Positions 26,901 to 40,460 of a DNA stretch of 64,000 nucleotides are shown here, piece by piece. Source of the stretch: the human T2T-CHM13v2.0 reference genome, Homo sapiens; the NCBI RefSeq assembly GCF_009914755.1, contig NC_060938.1; one strand, written 5' to 3'. The translations under genes and the position numbers were made by a program. How positions within the stretch are numbered: position 1 is the stretch's first letter; every line of letters starts with the position of its first letter. The notes beneath the pieces were generated by a model, which saw only the letters and a program-made list of their open reading frames with translations, was not told the origin of the DNA and ran no database searches.

Positions 26901-28486
26901 CCACCAGGAAATATAGCACTTTGCCTTCAAATTAACAAATGATTAATCAAGACATAGCACTATTTGTGAGAGTTTAGGGTTTTGGCTGACACTGAGTAGA
27001 CTAAGAATTGGAAATGACCCAGTACTAGAAAGCTTGACTTCAATGTCCCAGGATTTCTGGTAAGTGGCCGGGTTGAGTGAAGGACAGAGTAGATGAGAAA
27101 ACTAGAAAAAAAATAAAGACTGTTGAGTATTCAGGAGCTCAGTTTTTGATTGAGTAGTTTCTTGACAGATTGCTAAAGGGGACGTTTTAGAGCAAAGTTC
27201 CAAATTAGCTTTCAGTGAAAGTGCCAAAGTTTGTATTTAAGATATACAAGAGCTACCAAATGTGTTAACAGTTTCAAAGGTATCAAGAAAATATTAGCCA
27301 TATGGAATAGGGGTGGATTACTTTATTTTTATGGTTGATAATGGTGTCAGAAAAATACAGGAAGCTTTGTGAATGTAAAAATCCAGTTATCCAAGAAACA
27401 TAATTTGTTTACTGCCTTTGGATTCAGCTCCTAATAGAAGAAACTGTTAATCCATTAAAATATTATCTTTTACACTTGGCAATAGATAAATACATAAACC
27501 TTCTTAGGTTCTTTTTCTTGCTATTCACTAATAGTTTTATATTTCTGAGTTTGTGGTAAATGCAGGTTAGATGGGGGCGAGGTGAAGTAAGTATGATGTC
27601 CATGCAAAGTAAGCATTATTATTTGTTTATTGACTAAAAATATTCAATAATTAGTATTTTATCTTTTCAAAAAAGCTGACATTTTATGGCAAAATTTGTG
27701 GTTTTGGTGGGAAGGTTTTGGATTGTTGTTTTAGAAGGCACATGATAATGGTCTAGGACTCTATACAGGCAAAATTTTTGAACAATTCTATTTTTTTAAA
27801 TACTAATTCAATATTATTCAGGTACTATGAAATTCCCACAGGAGCTTCAGTGCTCCACTTTTTCGTTAGGGTAAGCCTTTAAAAAATGGCTTTAAACACA
27901 TTTAAGAGTGAGTCATATACAGAACCCTATAAATGGTCTGTCTCTTAGTATTTTGCACTGATCTGACCCAGGTTACCCAGGGCTTCACCCTTGCATTGTA
28001 GGGTAACTTGGAAATCTCTGGAGATGTGGCTTTTGTACAGATCAGGATATGCTATATATCAAAACTGCCAAATATAGTTTCTCTGATCCTAGGGTTTCAT
28101 TCTACTAGAATGCGGGTAAAGAAAACCTTGATTTACAGTCTCAGAAATGTGGAGGGCTCCCAGGGAACAGAGTGGCTTATGCCAGACCCTCTGACCTACA
28201 GCTGGACCTCGTTTAGGCAAACAGACTATAACATTTGCAAATGGACAATGATCATGAGATGTTCCATACTCTTTGTATTTTTTTAAAATGATATTAAGAT
28301 TTTGATACCCTCTAACATCAATGAGGAGTCATAAAGTTAACTTTAACTGGAAACTACTGAAAGGTTGAAAAAAGTGATTCCAAATATTTATATCTAAATT
28401 TACCTTAATATTTTGCCATAGTTGAGTGTATAGCTCCCTGAATTCAGATTAATAAACAAAGCATTACTAGCACCCTGGAAATCCTC

Positions 28487-29009
28487 TGTTTTAGTTAGGG
28501 TTCTCCAGAGAAACAGAAACAATAGGATGTGGGTACATTCTTTACATTTATAAAGAGATTTATTGAAGGAACTGGTTCATGCAGTTATGTAGGCTGACAA
28601 GTCCTAAGATCTTCAGGCTGAGTCTTCTAGACCAAGGAGAGCTAATGGTGTGGTTGCAGGCCAAAGGCCAGCAGGCTCCAGATCCAGGACTAACTGATGT
28701 TTCACTTCAATTCCCAAAGTAGGACAAAGCTGGTGTCCCAGTTCAAATGAAGTCAGGCAGGAGCAATTCACTATTTCTCAGAGGAGGGTCAGACTTTTTG
28801 TTTGTTTGTTTGTTTGTTTAATTTAGGCTTTCAACTGATTGGATGAGGCTCACCCACTTCAGGGTGGGCAATCTGCTTTACTCAGCTTACTGATTTAAAT
28901 GTTAATCTCATCCATAACCACCCTTATAGAAATACCCCATATAATGTTGGGCCATTTATATGGGCACCCCATGTCCCAGTCAAGTTGACACATGAAATTA
29001 TCTATTACA
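28487..29009 (-). mobile_element. MLT2 (ERVL) solo LTR, antisense, containing (TTTG)n
   Basis: tgttttagttagggttctccagagaaacagaa ... ccagtcaagttgacacatgaaattatctattaca. Confidence 0.88.
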
Positions 29010-29030
29010 CCCCCTCAGCGTAAATGCATA

Positions 29031-29075
29031 AACACACACATACACACACACACACACCCCACCCCCCACACACAC
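29031..29075. repeat. Interrupted (CA)n
   Basis: Direct reading. Confidence 0.8.
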
Positions 29076-30835
29076 CCCTACCTTACAGTATCTACATTTT
29101 TTTGTTTGATCTTTTTCACTCAACAGTATACTTGTGAGTTGTTGCAGTCATTTTATTATTAGTTCTGTACCCTATTTCATTTTGGGGAAATATACCAAAA
29201 TATACTTATCTCATTTTACTATTAATGAGCATTTGGGGAGTTTGCAATTTGTGCTGCTCATACTTTTTTTTTTTTTTGGTTGACCATCTATGGAAATTTC
29301 TATAGGCATATACTTAGGGATGGAATTGCTGGGCTATGACAGTTGATTATGATCAGCATTAGTATATCTTCTGTAAACAGACCATTCAGTCCAGGAAAAC
29401 TTCCATATTGGATGATGTAGCAGAATTTCCAGGATGTCTAAGTTTCTGTTGCTCAATCCTCTTACCAAGAAAATATGTGCATGAGGATAATGCCAAAGAT
29501 TACAGAACAGATGCTCATCTCCCTGGATTATCAATTTTTATGTCATAAAGACCTCAGATACCAAAGCCCACAGGCCAATGCACTTATTTGGAGGTTGTTA
29601 AACTGATATCATATGTTTATGCAGGAATATCGCCAATTTGTGGTCCTTTGCATTTTTTGACTAATTCAATAGGGTTATTTTTTTCTAACTGCTTTAAGAA
29701 TTCAAAATTTATATAAGTACTATTCAGTGTCAGAAATTTAGAAAATATAGATAAAATGAAATGAACGTTAAAAATCTTCTGTGAATTTATAAATTAAAAC
29801 TTTAATCATCTTGAAGCCCTTAAATGGCCAAGGGATATATCCCTTGCCTCAAACTATACTTCTGGTTCCTTAGCATGGACCTTTATGATATGACCTCTGC
29901 CTTAATGTTTTTCATTTATGGCCTCATTCTCTGTGAACCACTTCTATTTCTAGGACTATTTCAGGCTATTTCTCATTCTGGGTATTGAACACCAACCTTC
30001 TCCCCTTCCTGTGAGAGGGTATTACAAGCCCTATTTTACAAGACAGAAAAGAATCAGAGAGAATAAGTCACTAGCAAGCATCACACAGGAGAGCCAAGTT
30101 CCAACCCACATCTCTCTCTTTCCATGCTGAATTATTTAGCCATTCTTCTCCATTACTCTTACTGTCCCTGGTAAAGACTTCTCTGGCCTCCCAAAATTGT
30201 ATAAGACATTTTTTCTTTGTGTTCCAATAGCCACCTGTGCACATAATCTTAATACATTCACTTCCTTGCTTAAAGTGTTACCATCATTTCATTTTAAGCT
30301 GCATGAGGGTAGGCTCTGCCTTCTTGACAGAAATCTCAAATAGCTGCCATTCATCATCTCATCTTGTGGTTTTGCTTTTTCTATGCTCTTTACTCTCTGA
30401 AAATTATATCAATGGCATGTTTACTTGTTTATTATCTGTTATGCAGGCTCCTCACTGACTGGGGATTTTGCTGGCCTGCACACCACTGTTTCCCCAGCAC
30501 TCACAGATGTGCTGGGCACATGGCAGACCCCAGAGAATAATTAAAATGAATAAATAATGGGCACTAATATATTTAATGGGTAAACACACTATGCACATTT
30601 ATATTTGTACTCTTTACGAGGGCCCTAGATTTCATCCTCATGCAAATAAATCATTGAAGGGATGGGATTTACATGGTTGTTTACCTTTTCTAAAAAGAAA
30701 AGGGCGGTAGTCCCCATGCTGTCCAGAGGCCATACTGAATGCTTATTTTTGTGAGTCTGAGATATGAGTGTCTTTCTTGACATTAAAATATTAATTATTA
30801 ATGTAATTATCCTTGAATAATGCTCAGTGGAAACA

Positions 30836-31220
30836 TGTATTAGTCTGCTCGGGCTGCCACAATAAGATACAACTGGGTGCCTTAAACAACAGAATTTTAC
30901 TTACTTATAGTTCTGGAGGCCACAAGTCCTCGAAAGAGGTCCAGCAAGGTTGGTTCCTGGCCAGAGCTTTCTTTCTGGCTTGCAGACAATCCCCTGATCA
31001 CTTTGTCCCCACATGACCTTCCCATATGCATGGAAAGAAAGCAAAGGAGCTCTCTGGTGTCTCTTCTTTAAGGTGGCTAATCTAATTGAAGCAGGCCCCA
31101 CCCTGTTGACCTCATTTCACCTTAATTACCTCCTTATGGATCCTGTCTCTAAATATAGCCATATTTAGGGTTTAGGGTTCAATATAAACATTTGGATAGA
31201 ACACAATTTATTCCATAGTC
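30836..31220 (-). mobile_element. MLT1A/B-like MaLR LTR, antisense
   Basis: tgtattagtctgctcgggctgccacaa...aaacaacagaattt...agttctggaggc...gacctcatttcaccttaattacctcc. Confidence 0.85.
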
Positions 31221-32504
31221 GAAGGCATACTATTGCAATCTGTCAGGCATTCCAGTTGTGATAAAATCCTTCCTTCTTGAGCTAAGTACAGGCATTTCAT
31301 GTGAAAAATCTTGTCTAAGAGACATTTGAAGGATTGTTTGATGTGTTAGAAGCTCTTTCAGTATTAATCTGCTTCAAGTACTCCTGCATGTCTGCCTATT
31401 GCCCCAAATCACTGGGTAATATGGGAGGTAGAATTTGTGGTCTTCTATGAAAGATGGAGATTTAACGAGCCCCAGAAAATTAGTCATTTCAACCATGTCG
31501 TGGAGGAAAGTGATGAAATAGACATTTCTGGGTGGAATGGCATAATTGATTTCCCTGAAATTGCTTACTGAGGCTATTGATCAACAATAATAAAGGGAAG
31601 GGAGTAGGACTGTTGGCTTAGGTAGGATGCTGAAATCATCTCTTTATTTAAAGCATTTTGCAACTAATAAGACCTTCTTTAGAAAATAGAAGGTTGTAAA
31701 AAACAACAACACTTACAAACACCCATTCTCAGCAGTACAATATTGTTCCATTGTAATCATCTTTATTTCATGACAAGGTTATTTATCACAACTTTGCTTT
31801 CCAGCCAATAAAGCAAGGCCAAAATAATGTTAAATTGTTGTTTTTCCTCGAGGAAATAAGAACAATGAAACAAGATAAAAGTATTTCATCTATCTTGAGT
31901 TGTCAAATTATTTTCTACCATTTTTAGAATTTTAATAAAATATTTTAAATATGTTATCCTGTTATCTAGAGTGATTAATTTATCAATTCTCTTTCTCTTT
32001 GGAATACTAGTCTGTTCTCCCCTAGATTTTTAATAATACTAAATTTGTATGGAATTTAAATGTTTGATAGTATACATACTGTGAATTTTATATTTTTATG
32101 ATTCTTTTAAGCATTTAACACTTACTGAATGCCTATTAAGTCCCTTGTATTGTATTGGGATATTCACAGGTAATATCTTATCCCTACATGCATGACAAGC
32201 CATTAAAAAAAAAAAAAGTACTAAATCATTTACAAGACAGCAAAAGAAATTCATATTTAGGTATAAACAAAGTAACATTTAAATTACTATAATGGATTGA
32301 AATAACAGAGAAGTCTTCACAGATGAGGTGATATTTGAGCTGAGTGTAGAGGAAGAATAAGATTTCACTATGCTATAAAGGTTTGGAAGAATATTTAAAA
32401 TTGGTGGTATTAAGGCATGAATTCCTGAAAGAGAATAATACACCCAAAGTGAATATAATGGCTTACAGAGGAACTTGAATGAGTAGGGAGTGGCAGATGA
32501 GATT

Positions 32505-33044
32505 TGTAAGAAATCAGAATCTGCCACCCCAAAATATATCTCTTTGGCATAAGGATTATTTTGAATTGATTATTTTGAGAAACTACAGACAGGAGAAGCT
32601 CTGAATATAGAGTAGAAGTTACTCTTTGGTAAAAGAAATTTACATTTAGAAAGAAAATCTCCATTTGTAACGATGTCTCCCTCTCTGTACCAGGAAAGAA
32701 GAATGACTAAATCACTAGAGACTCTTACCAATAGAGAAAGCTCTTAAATCTGCATAACAAACCTTACCCTTGTTTGCCCTGCTTTTCCTGGTCACCTCCC
32801 CATCACTGGCTCCCACAACACCCTTCTTTCTTTGTTTCGGGGAACAATGGTAATACAAGGTTGAGTTCAAAGCTGCTTCTCTGAAATGCACTGACTTCTC
32901 TGGGTATCACCAATGTATACATGAGGTATACATGTCATTAAACTTGTTTGTTTTTCTGTGGTTAACCTGTCTTTTGTTAAAGGGTTTCATCCCAACTAAT
33001 AAATATGAGTGTTGGGGAAAGAATTATTTGCTTTCTCCCTTACA
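32505..33044 (+). mobile_element. ERV1 solo LTR (MER34/LTR54-like) within an L2 remnant
   Basis: TG...CA ends; gccaccccaaaatatatctctttggcataaggattattttga motif. Confidence 0.7.
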
Positions 33045-33342
33045 AATCCAAACAGTAATTAGATGAAAGGCTGTGAAACGTCTTAAATGCCATGTAAATG
33101 AGTTTAAATTTTATTCAATAGACCAGGAGAAATAACTGATGAATTTTTTAAGTATGGGTAATCAACCATGTTTCATATAATCTTTAAATGCTAAAATAAA
33201 ACTTTAGCTTTAATTTTAAAAAGTGTGTTGGTGGGGTGCTTGTGGGAAGGAGAAAGAAAGCGGAAAGAAAAGTCAGGTGGTGAGTGTGGTCCTTCACATG
33301 AGAGATAATGAAGGACAGTTATTCCAAATGTAAAAGTACAAA

Positions 33343-34763
33343 TGTTAGAGTAGGCAAATGTGAGCAGGGCAGGAGAGGTCCCACCGAAAGAATGTCAGGC
33401 AAATACAGAAGTGTTGGGCTCTTGGCTAAACTTCACCCTCAAGCCTGGAACTTTGGCCCTGGAACCTCAGCTCTATGGGAACTGCTGACCCATATACTGA
33501 AGGGCTGGGCTCCCAGCTAAACTCTACCTCAAGCCTGGACTCTCAGCCCTAAATGAAAGCATCTGACCCTATTTTTCCTACCCAAATGATTGGCTTTTTG
33601 GCCTGCCCCACTCCCTATCCTGTGCCCATAAAAACACAGGCAGCTGATGCAAGTGGTCAGGGATGCAAGCTGCTGAATCTCAGGGATTCAAGCTGCTGAG
33701 TGCTGGGGATACAAGCAGATGAGTGGTAAGTAGAGAAGGAATTGAGGGTCAGTGACTACACATAACATGGCTCACTTCAGATGGCGCAGTTTCACAAGGG
33801 AGCCTAGCCAGAGACAGCTGGGCTTCAGGGAAAGATCACCTTCTTCCTGCACCATCCCCTTTCTAGCTCCCCTTTCACCAAGAGCCGCTTCCACTGCTCA
33901 ATAAAGTCTTCTGCATTCATCATCTTTTAAACAGTTCCTATGACCTGACTCTTCCTGGACACTGAACAAGAACTCAGGCGTCATAAATGGCAGTTGCAAG
34001 AGGCAATCAGCCTGACCCTTCACTGAGCTGTTAACACTTAGCTGTCCATAGACTGCAAGCTGAGTTAAATGAGCCACTCTAGTTCCTGCCCACGGAGGGG
34101 GTCAAGGTCAAGGGAACACATACCATCTCAAGGCAACCATTAGGTAATGGTCATGCAGTTGTTAAGCTATCTCTCTAAAATAATAATTGGTCACATCTGG
34201 CATCAAGGAAAATCAGTCTCCCAATAGACAGAAAACACCTGAAGCTGGTGATCAGCAGCTTCCCAGTAAGATCGCAGGATTTGGGCAAGTGGGTCCAAAG
34301 CATGTGCACTAATAAGCAAAATGGCAGAGTTTAACTGGTATATGACCTTTCTCTAGGAACACTCGATTGGTAAGGGGAAAAATCCCTCAAGTGAGCATGT
34401 GCACTACTTCAGTAAACACACCATGCATGCACTCCCCTCTTAAGTGTTGGCAGGCTACTGCACATGCGGACAGCCTGCCCCAAGGAAAAATCAAGGGAGG
34501 AGAGATGCAAAACTCCCGAAGCATGCCAATGTATAAAACCCCAAGTCTAAGGTCAAACAGGGCACTTGGATTGCTCAAGTCGCCTGCTTGGCCCTGTTCT
34601 TTTCTTTCGTTCCTGCTCTAAAACTTTTTTAATAAACTTTCACTGCTTCTCTAAAACTTGCCTTTATCTTTCACTGTGCATTATGCCCCACAGATGAATT
34701 CTTTCCTCTGAGTAGGCAAGAATCAAGTTGCTGCAGACCCATAAGGATTTGCTGCTGCTAACA
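33343..34763 (+). mobile_element. MER50-like ERV1 LTR split by a second LTR
   Basis: tgttagagtaggca...gaatgtcaggc [insert] aggcaaccattaggtaatggtca...ctctctaaaataataattggtcaca; ends gctgctgctaaca. Confidence 0.8.
33401..34130 (+). mobile_element. Nested ERV1 solo LTR (LTR27/LTR28-like)
   Basis: 4-bp TSD aggc (33397-33400, 34131-34134); cataaaaa TATA-like box, AATAAA at 33900, cactgagctgttaacactta motif shared with 57979-58914. Confidence 0.75.
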
Positions 34764-34947
34764 TAAAGACCCCAGAAGACTTGCCAGAACTGTTATTCTC
34801 AGAGTCAGCCAAAAAAATCTGAAATATGAGACAAATAGTTGAATTTTCCTAGGAAATATATCCCAGCATTGCTGCAGGACTTACAAATATTGTACAGTGA
34901 GGCTGCTAGACTGGCAGTTCTCTCTAACCACCAAATATCCCAGATCC

Positions 34948-35130
34948 ATAGTTCTCACTCATTAGGATATATCAGAATCACCTGGAGTTGTTGTTACAAC
35001 TCAAGTTTCTGGACCTCACCACCAGAATTTCTGATTCAGTAGCTCTGGGTGGAACCTGAAAACTTGTCTTATTAAAAAATACCCAGGTGACGCTGATGCT
35101 ACTCTAGCGATCACACTTTGAGAGCCACTA
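34948..35130. mobile_element. MER5A (hAT-Charlie) DNA element
   Basis: atcagaatcacctggag...ttctgattcagtag...ccaggtgacgctgatgct...cacactttgagagccact. Confidence 0.85.
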
Positions 35131-38100
35131 ATAAGCAAAACATGGAAAATGGGAAACTATATATTTTTTCAAAAGTCATATACTTTAACAAAATATAGCG
35201 ATGTTTTAGAAGAATGGTCTTCATAATTTTTTAGTAGAATAAAATAATGAAATATAAACATTCAAAAATAGAGGATTTATTAAGAGAATAAGGTAGCTAA
35301 GATTTAATAACATGTAATCATAAAGTATTATAATATTTAAATAAAGGACAAAATAGGATAGTTTACAAAATAGGATAGAATCTATGAGCTCTTTGAAGTA
35401 AAAACCTGTTTCTGTTTACATATATGTACAAATATAGACACATAACTAGAACAAAGAACCAGAAAGATGTATCTCAACATGTTAATAGTAGCCATCTCCC
35501 GTGTGGTGGGATTATGAGTTATATTCATTATTTTCTTTAGACTTCATATATATTTTCCTAGCATGTCAATAAATATAACACATTTGGGGTTAACAAAGAT
35601 ATGTTTTAATATTTATGCAGGGGATGGCTTTGGATTATTAGCTTCTTTTGGAAGGGAGGTAAGCAAAAGACAAGCATCTTACATCAAAAGTACTAGCTCA
35701 TCAGGACATAGAACTAGTTCTATTCTAATGAATAGAACTCATTAGTTCTTTTTCTGCCATTTTAGGGATTCTGATGCAGAAAGACCTGAGCCAATAAGGA
35801 ACACCCCTCTTTGTGTTTAATTGACCATTCATCCAAGCAGCAGAATGAAATCCCAAGGGAAGACCTCACAATCACAAATGCATGTTAGCCATGAGGAGCT
35901 TACATTAATGCCCAGAGAAAGTGGAAACACTCAAGGAAGAGGCTAAAGCCATAGGAAATAGGAAACCAAGCTCCCTGAAGGAAGAGAGAGAGGCATGGGA
36001 GAGAGAAAGGAAAAGCCAAGCAACGAAATCCTGGGGGAGATTTAAGGTTCTTGTGGCACTTCAAATTATGTTAGCTTTCCTTTCACACAAGATTGAATTT
36101 AGCTGCCAAGAATGAATCTACTATTTCTTTCTTTCTTTCTTTCAAAATAACATTAAATTTATTTCAACAGGCTGTCTGAGCTACTCTGTTTTGTTATGAG
36201 CTGATGAAAATACATCATCAGCCAACGACAGACCCTGCCTTTCCCTCACTCCAATTTAAGGCCTGAGTACAAGCAGCTGCAGTATTCCTGTCAAAAGTCA
36301 GGCGCGTCAATGGCAAGTCTTCTTCTACTAAGATTAAAACTTGGCCTCTATTCCTGCAGCCCAGAGTCACCCATCAGGAAAGGTGAGATCTCTTACCACC
36401 TTTCTCAGTGAAGAGCCATTCATTCCATCAGGGAGGTATGGTAATATCCTCGAAGCCAGACACAGGAGGACTCTGATCTCATCTGTCCCTACAGGGTTAT
36501 CAGAACCAGACTTAATCTGAACTTGACCGAAAAACTGTGGAGAAGAGTAATTGTTGCTTATGACTCATTACCTGAACTGCACTTTTCTTGTGCAGGACTT
36601 TAGCAGCAGGAATTTTCCCAAAATGCTATATCCTTCTCCCTATGACTGTTATCATATGGCATTAGTGTAGTCTGATCTAACAAAATCTGTAGCAAAATGC
36701 TGTATATGAACTGTCTGCTTTAGAAATCTAGGTGAGGTGAACAGCAAATAATTGAGCCCCACTCTCTGCCCACTATATCTGAATTTCTGGTAATAGGGCC
36801 AGATAATCTAGAATTTGAAAAGACACCCCAGGAGATTCTGATGCAACTACATTCTAACTACTGCTGACAAAATGATTAAGAACCTAAGTGTCCAATTCAG
36901 ACAATTTTACAGCTTGCTTTTTTTCATGAATTTGGAAAAATTACTCCTTTAGAAACTTAATTTTCTTATCTATAAAACTGGGATGAAAATACCTGAATTC
37001 CTACTAAAATGCTTGGCTTTCAACTGTATATAAACCACTCAAGCACATAGTAAGTCAGTAAGTGTTAGTTATTGTTATTTACTGTGATAAGATCATTTTC
37101 TTTATGTGCATAGCAGCTGGGTGAAAAAATGATGGACATTGGAGAAAACCAGAGTTCAGCTTTGATCTTTGATAAGTATGCTTAAAGATACCGGGACAAG
37201 TTTTGTTTTAGTTTAGTTTTTTTTTTTTTTTAATGTATTGATTTTGTGCCTAATATGTGACAGGTAATATTCTAAATCCTTGATAGATAATGAAGAATGA
37301 CATAAATAATTTGCTTACTGTCATGGTATTCCTCACCTACTGAAGAAATAAGCAAATTGCAAAACACACAAACGCACATAATGGAATAGTTTCAGATATG
37401 AAGTCTATGAGGCAAATAAAGCAAATATTTGGATAGAAGATACAAAAGTTAGGTAAAAGATAACTTTGGATAAGGTAGCCCCAAGCATTTTGTAAGGAGG
37501 TCACATTTGAGCAGATCTCCAATGATAAAAAGGAGGTAGCTATGTGGACTTTGGTAAGTGTAATAAACATGGCTTAACATTAAGGATGGTAAACTTCATC
37601 ACTTGGATAAGGTATATTTGCCAGGTATCCACATTGCAAAGTGACTGTTTTCCCACATCTATATTCTTGTAGCAATGACTGACTAAGCCCTGCTCACTTT
37701 CTTCCAGCCGTATTATTCCAGAAGATGCCTCATTCAAATGACAAACAGGCAAGGATAGTTTAAGAAGAAAAGGGTTGGGTGGAAACCTATAGGACAAAAT
37801 TTCCATCCTGAAATGCTCTTTGGATAATCTTAAATTCAGGGAAGATCTTGACTGAATTATCATTACTGAACCCCAGACAAGCTATTTCCTAATCCAGTTG
37901 AGGCTTGCTAAAGTAGAAATCCTTGTCATTCTTAAGGCTTATTTCTTCCTATCAATCCAAGTGAAATCATACATTCCACCGGCTAAGCATATACTTAGGA
38001 CACAGTTGGATAAACCACAGATATGGTTGTTGTCACAGGTGCAATGCCACCAGACATCACCTGCATGCATAGCAGAAACCAGGACAGACAAAGAAGAATG

Positions 38101-38245
38101 GAGCAAAATCCACATAAACCAAACTCTAATCATGAGTGTGATTCCATTTGTTCTTTTTTACTCCCAGGCCAGTCCTACAATTCTGAAATATTTTGGATAG
38201 CTTTTTTCCCCTCAACTATTGAATTATGTTTTCAAAGTACTAGGT

Positions 38246-38430
38246 CAGTAGTTCTCAAACTTTAGAGTGTATTGGAATCCACTGAAAGGTATGTTAAAGC
38301 AGGTTGTCTGGCCCCACCTTAGAGCTTCTGATTCAGCAGTTTTGGGGTAGGACCCAAGAAGTTGCATTTCTACCAAGTTTCCAGGTGATATTGATACTGC
38401 TAGTACAAGAACTACTCTTTAATAACCATT
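38246..38430. mobile_element. MER5A DNA element
   Basis: cagtagttctcaaactttag...ttctgattcagcag...tgcatttctaccaagtttccaggtgat. Confidence 0.85.
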
Positions 38431-38484
38431 GTCCTAGATGAATCATTTGGTTCTAAGTCTTTTAATTTAAAAAACAAAGACTCT

Positions 38485-38838
<354 letters not shown>

Positions 38839-39318
38839 TCATAGGTTATAGTTTGAAAAAAAGAGATATGTGTGGCTGGATTATACTGGAGTCTGTGTGT
38901 AGTAAAAGCCCAGTAGCCCAGCATCAAATCTGTACAACTCTTAAGGTTGACCCAGAATCTGAGTTAACCATGGGGGTAGATGGGGCCTATGCTGAAATTG
39001 CTTTGCTTTTCAACTTCTTCCTCTACTCAACCCTGCTCCCCTTCATTTCTCCAAAGGAATGACTCTTAAGAGTACACCTCAGTAAAATCCCTGCATGCAC
39101 ATATCTACCTCAGCTTCTTAACTGGGGAATAAAAACTGCTCAACACTTGAATTGATGGTGTCAGTTTTGTATGCGTCCATTGGTTAGTTTTAAAAGTTGC
39201 ACAGAGTCTAAATTCTTGCAGCTCTGAGATGTGGCAATTGGTTTTAGTAAAATACTATATAAACTCATGTTCGTAGAAAATCCCAGTTTGAGTTGAAACA
39301 GTCGAAGTCAAAATTCTA

Positions 39319-39397
39319 TTAGGCTGGTGCAAAAGTAATTGCGGTTTTGCCATTAAAATTAGTGGCAAAAACAGCAATTACTTTTGCACCAACCTAA
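39319..39397. mobile_element. MADE1 (Hsmar1-derived MITE), palindromic, miR-548-type hairpin
   Basis: ttaggctggtgcaaaagtaattgcggttttgcca...tggcaaaaacagcaattacttttgcaccaacctaa with TA on both sides. Confidence 0.95.
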
Positions 39398-39600
39398 TAG
39401 ATGATAGCATTATTTTTGCTCATATTATATCTCCTGACAAAAGTAAATAGATTTAGCATATCACTAAACTACTCCCCTCCACTACTTGACTTCATACTGT
39501 ATAAAGATTTGGCCAGTTTAATAGTTCTTTCTGGTTTAAAAAAAAACAAATTTGGTGGCAAACTGTTACATTATATATTAGGCAAATAGATAATTTTAAG

Positions 39601-39706
39601 AATATATATATATACACACATAAAGCATATTTATATCTATATATATACATAAAATATATATACACATAAAGCATATATATATCTATATATATAAATATAC
39701 ATAAAA
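39601..39706. repeat. TA-rich low-complexity tandem duplication (about 46-bp unit x2)
   Basis: acacataaagcatat(t/a)tatatctatatatata occurs twice. Confidence 0.8.
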
Positions 39707-39859
39707 CATTTTACTGTTCTGAACAACCCTTGGTATGTAAATGCCTCCCCCTAGTACATACACTTAACTATTCATTCAGCTGGAGAACTTAGTGTGTGTT
39801 TTTTAATTGCATTCATATTTATAGCTTGCCTTTCAAAGTTACTTTGGTCTATTAAAATT

Positions 39860-40460
39860 CTGTTTTATATGCTTGCCAACGTGACCTGTGTGTGACCACA
39901 AACCTCCCTAGAGAGGGAGTTTACCTCTGCTGTTCTTTCCTCTTTTTCATTTTTTCCCTGAAAGCAGGTGTCACATCTGTCACGACTTGGCCCAGTAGAC
40001 TGTGCTAATTAACTTATAAATTACGTCCATGTGGCATTGCCTCTCTCCTGTGAGGCAGTCCTAGTTGTTTGTTATGCTACGTCGGAACAGGGTTAAAGAG
40101 GGCCACCGATTTTGCATAATCGCCGACCTAAATGTTTGGACACTGGAGAGCTTGTACTGTGTTTCTTTGTATTCCCCACTGTGTTTTTCCATAACTGGGG
40201 GTCCATGTGTACTCGTTGAATGATATGACTAGTTGAGGGAAGTATCTTTGAACACATTGTACAGGGTGGTTTAGGGAGCAAAAGAGGTCTGTTGTAAGCA
40301 AGATCACAGGAAACATGTAATCACTGATGATATAGGGAACAGAAATTCGACTTTTTCCCTTTTGCCACGCAAATTTGACCACTATGTGTCCAATCCTTTA
40401 GCACTTTGCTAAGAGCCCTTTAGCACTTCGCCCTGAGTTGGGTTGTAGCATTACAATGAA
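39860..40460. promoter_or_regulatory. Candidate enhancer or alternative promoter (non-repetitive, CpG-retaining)
   Basis: Local CpG cluster in a CpG-poor background; DR5-like tgacct-N5-tgacca 39882-39898; TATAAA 40015-40020; ttttgcataat near 40110. Motif-level evidence only. Confidence 0.3.
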
